64,000 nucleotides of DNA, taken from NCBI GenBank assembly GCA_963804645.1, contig CAWDRG010000002.1:1-64000 (forward strand). Direction: 5' to 3'. A program made the position numbers and the translations under genes. The DNA is from an uncultured Bacillota bacterium. Its GTDB lineage: Bacteria > Sysuimicrobiota > Sysuimicrobiia > Sysuimicrobiales > Segetimicrobiaceae. Shown piece after piece: positions 59,405 to 64,000 of the stretch (its first letter is position 1; each line of letters starts with the position of its first letter). The notes under the pieces were generated by a model. The model saw only the letters and a program-made list of their open reading frames with translations. It ran no database searches and was not told where the DNA came from.

Positions 59405-59911
59405 ATGAACGCACCGACCCATCTCGAACCCACCACCGTCGTCACCGTCACGGTGAACGGGCAATCTGAAGAGCTGCGCGTCTCCTCCCGGCGCACGCTG
59501 CTGGGGTGCCTGCGTGAAGACCTGCACCTCACCGGGACCAAGGAGGGCTGCGGAGTCGGAACCTGCGGCGCGTGCACCGTCCTGGTGGACGGCAAGGCGG
59601 TGCTGTCGTGCCTGATGCTCGCGGTCCAGGCGGACGGGCGCACGATCGAAACGATCGAGGGCCTCGCGCCGGACGGCGTCCTCGATCCGCTGCAGCGCGC
59701 GTTCATCGCGCAGGACGCGTTCCAGTGCGGGTTCTGCACGCCGGGCCAGATCATGGCGATGCGGGGGCTGCTGCGCCGCAACGCGCATCCCACGCTCGAC
59801 GAGGTGCGGCACGCGACCGAGGGCAACGTCTGTCGGTGCGGCGCGTATCTCCGGATCCAGGCCGCCGCGCTTGAGGTGGCCAAGTCGGCCGAGACCGCGC
59901 GCAAGCGCTGA
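59405..59911 (+). CDS. Xanthine dehydrogenase family (2Fe-2S) subunit
   Basis: GC..G.CGACT, SCL, QCGFCTPG, CRCG. Confidence 0.95.
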   Translation: MNAPTHLEPTTVVTVTVNGQSEELRVSSRRTLLGCLREDLHLTGTKEGCGVGTCGACTVLVDGKAVLSCLMLAVQADGRTIETIEGLAPDGVLDPLQRAFIAQDAFQCGFCTPGQIMAMRGLLRRNAHPTLDEVRHATEGNVCRCGAYLRIQAAALEVAKSAETARKR

Positions 59912-59983
59912 CGCCGGGCGCGCGCCGGCGCACCCGCGTGCACACGTACCGCATGCTGCTGAGCGACATCTAAGGAGGCTCCG

Positions 59984-62285
59984 ATGCCCCGGATTATCAA
60001 ACAGAAGATCGAGTTCGAAGGCCGCATCGAAGAGCGCGAGGTCGTCATCGAAGGCGACGACCTGCCGGTCTGGTCGGCCGCCGAAGTCTTCAAGGTGATC
60101 GGCACCCCGGTGCCGCGCGTCGACGGCGCGGACCGCGTGAGCGGGGCGGCGCGGTACACCGCCGACCTCTATCCCGCGGGCCTGCTGCACGGCGCGATGC
60201 TGCGCAGCCCGCATGCCCACGCGCGCATCACGCGCTTCGATGCCGCCCGGGCGGAGGCCGCGTCGGGGGTGCGCCTCGTGCTGTCCGCGGCCAACGGGCC
60301 GAAACTGCCGTGGTACAACGGGAAAAGCTCGCTGTTCGATCCGGAGCTGCGGTACGTCGGCGATGAGGTCGCGCTCGTGATCGCCGAAACCCCGGACCAG
60401 GCCCGCGACGCGCTGGACCTGATCGAGGTGGAGTACGAGGCGCTGCCCCATGTGATCGACGCCGAGGCAGCGCTGCGGCCGGGCGCGGTGCGGGTCCATG
60501 CCGACGGCCCGGAGCTGGGCGGCACGCCGGACGCGTACGAGCGCGGCGATGTCGCGCGGGGGTTTGCCGAGGCGGACGTCACGGTCGAGCTCGCGGTCGA
60601 TACCCCGGACGTGCTGCACCACAGCATGGAGACGCACGGGTCGGTCGCGCATTGGGACGGCGACCAGCTGACGATCTGGGACTCGACGCAGCACATCTTC
60701 GGCGTGCGCCGGCAGGTCTCAGGCGCCCTCAAGATCCCGCTCGACCGGGTGCGGGTCGTCAGCCCGTTCATGGGCGGCGGGTTCGGCAGCAAGAACGGCG
60801 CCGGGAAGTACACGATCATGGCCGCGCTCGCCTCGAAGCGGCTGCGGCGACCGGTGAAGATCATGTTCACGCGCGCGGAGGAGAGCCAGGCGCGCCGGCA
60901 AGCGGCCCCGCAGCGTGCAGCGGATCCGGATCGGCGCGAAGCGGGACGGCACCCTGACCGCGATCGAGCACTGGGGCGCCTCCAACGTTGGGGCGTACCG
61001 CGCGATGGGCTCGTCGATCAGCGGCCCGACGAAGGAACTGTATCTGTGTCCGAACATGCGGACCGAGATCCACAACGTGTTCACCCACACGGGGCCCGCG
61101 GCGGCGTTCCGGGCGCCGGGGTACGTCGAGGGTACGGTCGCGCTCGACGGCGCGATGGAGATGCTCGCCGACGCGCTGAAGATGGACCCCCTCGCCCTGC
61201 GCCTCAAGAACTACGTGGAGACCGATCAGGTGCAGGGGCGCAGCTACTCGAGCAAGTTTCTGCGCGAGGCGTACGAGCTCGCGGCCAAGGCCGCGGGCTG
61301 GGACCAGCGCGCCCCCACCCCGCCCGGGCCCGTCACCGGGCACGGCAAGCGGCGCGGGCTTGGGATGGCGAGTCAGATGTGGGGCGGCGCCGGCTCGCCC
61401 CCCGCGTACGCCGAGCTGCGGTTGAACCCCGACGGCAGCGCCGAGATCCGGATCGGCACGCAGGAGATCGGCACCGGGGCGAAGACCGCCCTCACGCAGA
61501 TCGCCGCGGAGGTCCTCGGGCTCCCCATCGAGCGGGTAGTGCTCTACCTCGGCGACACGGCGTTTCCCTACAGCCCCCTCTCCGCGGGCAGCCAGACGAT
61601 CACGTCGTGCGGTCCCGCGGTCCGGATGGCCGCCGAGGACGCCCGCCGGCACCTCCTGGACGCCGCGGCGTCGGTGCTCGAGGCCGCGCCGAACGACATG
61701 CGGCTCGAGGACGGACGCCTGTTTGTCGCGGGGACGCCCGAGCGCGGCCTGACGGTCGCCGAGCTCACGGGACGGATGAATAACTTCACGATCATGGGCC
61801 GGGGGTTTCGGGGTCCGAACCCCGATGGGGTCACGATCCGCACGTTCGGGGTCCAGATCGCGGATGTCGAGGTGGATCTCGACACCGGCGAGGTGACCGT
61901 GCGCAAGATCGTCGCGTGCCACGACGTCGGCCGGGTCATCAACCCGATGCAGTACGCCAGCCAGATCGAAGGCGGCGTGATTCAGGGGCTCGGGATGGCG
62001 CTGTGGGAGGATCATCTGACCGATCCGGACACCGGAACTGTGCTGGATCTCGGGTTCGACAGCTACGCGGTGCCGCGCACCTCCTGGATTCCCGAGATCG
62101 TGTCGCTGGCGGTCAACAAGCCGGACCCGATCGCCAACAACCTGGGCGCGAAAGGCGTCGGCGAGCCGCCGATCATTCCGACCCCCGCGGCGGTCGCGAA
62201 CGCGGTGGCGAACGCGATCGGCGTGCGCGTGAACTCGATGCCGATTACCCCGGCCAAGGTGCTGAAGGCGCTCGGCCGGATCTAG
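59984..62285 (+). CDS. Xanthine dehydrogenase family molybdopterin subunit (frameshift near 60893)
   Basis: RSPHAHA, GGGFGSK, AFRAPG, QEIGTG, SQIEGG..QG, AKGVGE. Confidence 0.92.
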
Positions 62286-62403
62286 CGCGCGCGGGACGGG
62301 CCGCAGCCGGCGCCGGGCGCGACGTGGTGTGTCGTGCCCGCGCGGGTAGGCCGCCGCCGGGCCGCTCGACCACACGAAACCGTCAACGAAGGGGGAGGCG
62401 AGT

Positions 62404-63447
62404 GTGCCGGTCGTAGTGGGAGAGTACGTGGATCGACTCGTGACCGTGAACATGAAGCCGAAGCGGCGGATCACGGGCAGCGGCACGACGGTGAACCCGC
62501 GAGACAACACGCACCGCCTGTACGAGGCCGCGCGCGCGAAGCAGCGGGAGCCGCTCACCTACCTGGCGGCGAAGCTGCTGCTCGATCGGCTCGGTCCCGG
62601 GGACGCGCTCTTCATCACGTGCGGAGCCGGCGGCCCGCCGGTGCGCAAAGTGGGAGAAGTGGACGGCTATCTCGGCGCCGCCGCGATCTCGCGAGCGCTG
62701 ATGCGCGGGCGGCACGCCAAGGTGGTGGTCGCGACGGACGACTGGGCCTTCGCCCCGCTCGCGGCCGCGTTCCGGGGCGCCGGCGCGATCCTGAGGCGGC
62801 CGGGCGACGACTATCGCGCCGTCACGGGGACGTTCGAGGCGATGCCGCTCGAGCACGATGCGTCCCGGACGCGCGCCGCCGAGCTGATCGACCGCTACCA
62901 TCCCAAGGTGGTGCTGGCGATCGAGCGCCTGGGCCCAAATCGCAAAGGCGTCACGCACGGCGCCACCGGCATCAGCCGCGACCCCGAGCAGAGCAAGACG
63001 CAGTATTTGTTCGAGCACGCCGCGGCGCGGAACATCGCGACCATCGGGATCGGCGACGGCGGCAACGAGATCGGCTTCGGGCTCATCCTCGACGACGTGC
63101 GCCGCGTGCTGGCGCACGGCGACCAGTGCCAGTGCCCTTGTCAGGGCGGGACGGCGTGCCAGGTGGCGACCGACGTGCTCGTGGTCGGCGCGATCTCGAA
63201 CTGGGCCGGCTACGGGGTGGCCGCGAACATCGCCTATCAGCTCGAGAAGCCGGAGCTGTTCATCAACGCCGACACGCTTGAGCGCATGCTCACCAACTGC
63301 GTGGAGGCCGGCGCGGTCGACGGCCTCTCGAACCTGCCGGAGCTCGCCGACGACGGCGTGCCGCTGCTGGCCCACCGGGCCTGCGTCGACATCCTGACGA
63401 CGCTGATCACCATCGCGGGGTCGACGGTCGACGACCCCGCGCACTAG
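62404..63447 (+). CDS. DUF4392 / D-glutamate cyclase-like protein
   Basis: EVDG..GAA, AIERLG, TIGIGDGGNEIG, SNWAGY, VDG. Confidence 0.85.
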   Translation: MPVVVGEYVDRLVTVNMKPKRRITGSGTTVNPRDNTHRLYEAARAKQREPLTYLAAKLLLDRLGPGDALFITCGAGGPPVRKVGEVDGYLGAAAISRALMRGRHAKVVVATDDWAFAPLAAAFRGAGAILRRPGDDYRAVTGTFEAMPLEHDASRTRAAELIDRYHPKVVLAIERLGPNRKGVTHGATGISRDPEQSKTQYLFEHAAARNIATIGIGDGGNEIGFGLILDDVRRVLAHGDQCQCPCQGGTACQVATDVLVVGAISNWAGYGVAANIAYQLEKPELFINADTLERMLTNCVEAGAVDGLSNLPELADDGVPLLAHRACVDILTTLITIAGSTVDDPAH

Positions 63448-63494
63448 CGGGGCGGGGCGCGGCGCGGCGGCTTGCCGCACTCGGGCGGTCGGTT

Positions 63495-64000
63495 CTACCG
63501 TGCACGGCGCGCCAGCCAGTCGTCTTCCCCGCCGATGTCCGGCCGCGCCGCCCTGACCTGGAAGAACTCCCGGAGGGGCTTGTACACGTCATAGAGGCGC
63601 CGCAGCTCGCCGATGGGCTCCGCGTGTGCGTCGACGCGGAGGTCGACCCACGCGTAGGGATCATCGGCGTAGACGAGCAGCCCGGACGATCGCTGCCCGT
63701 TCGGCTGCCCGCCGGCATCCCGCCCGGCCTCGATCGCCCGGAGCAGGCGCTCGTCAAGGTCCTCCCCGTCCGCGTGCTGAAACGCGGCCAGCATCTGCGG
63801 TACCACCCCGTCGTTGGTCAGGGCGTTGCCCATGGCGACGACGCCCGGCGGAGAACCCCTGCGCGAGCAGGCGGATGGCGAGCTGCCCGAGGCGCGGGTC
63901 GGTATGCGCCTGCGTGGCGACGGCGCCGACGTGGGGCCGGACGTGCGGGCACCGCGCCCCGACGGCGATCGCATGGGTCGCGATGCCGACCCCGAGGCGT
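63495..64000 (-). pseudogene. DUF1028 family protein (5' end outside window) with apparent internal deletion and frameshift
   Basis: LGVGIAT..IAVG...GAVATQ in one frame; MGNAL...AG..AGG...SS.LLV...DLRVD.H..P..EL in another. Confidence 0.75.

Noticed and set aside
56918..60694. 1258-aa minus-strand ORF
   Set aside because: Arg/Pro/Ala-rich shadow overlapping several well-supported genes.

Overview
High-GC bacterial chromosomal window. A Gram-positive-type LexA box suggests a Terrabacteria lineage; this is inference only. The left 5.3 kb is an accessory island containing an IS630, a complete two-gene IS1634 (18-bp perfect IRs, TAATA target duplication), a DHFR/RibD-like gene and a MazEF-type TA pair. 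Removing the IS1634 in silico reveals a ~100-bp direct repeat (1209-1248 joined to 3533-3588, versus 5078-5175) bracketing the DHFR+TA cargo. The island ends at an attI-like core overlapping a dif-like site (5223-5270). This candidate dif-adjacent, repeat-delimited cargo-capture locus is the best lead in the window. The rest is mostly metabolic and regulatory: a MASE1-GAF-GAF-PP2C-kinase-STAS partner-switching fusion, an ArsR-SRPBCC-DUF899 operon, a LexA-box-bearing radical SAM gene, peptide and sugar ABC units without ATPases, a lone Xer-like tyrosine recombinase among small orphan ORFs, a cyclic beta-1,2-glucan synthase, DUF1800/DUF1501, VapBC, paaABCD and a two-subunit molybdoenzyme. Many single-base frameshifts from ~29.9 kb onward are probably sequencing indels. 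No CRISPR array, tRNA or rRNA was seen.
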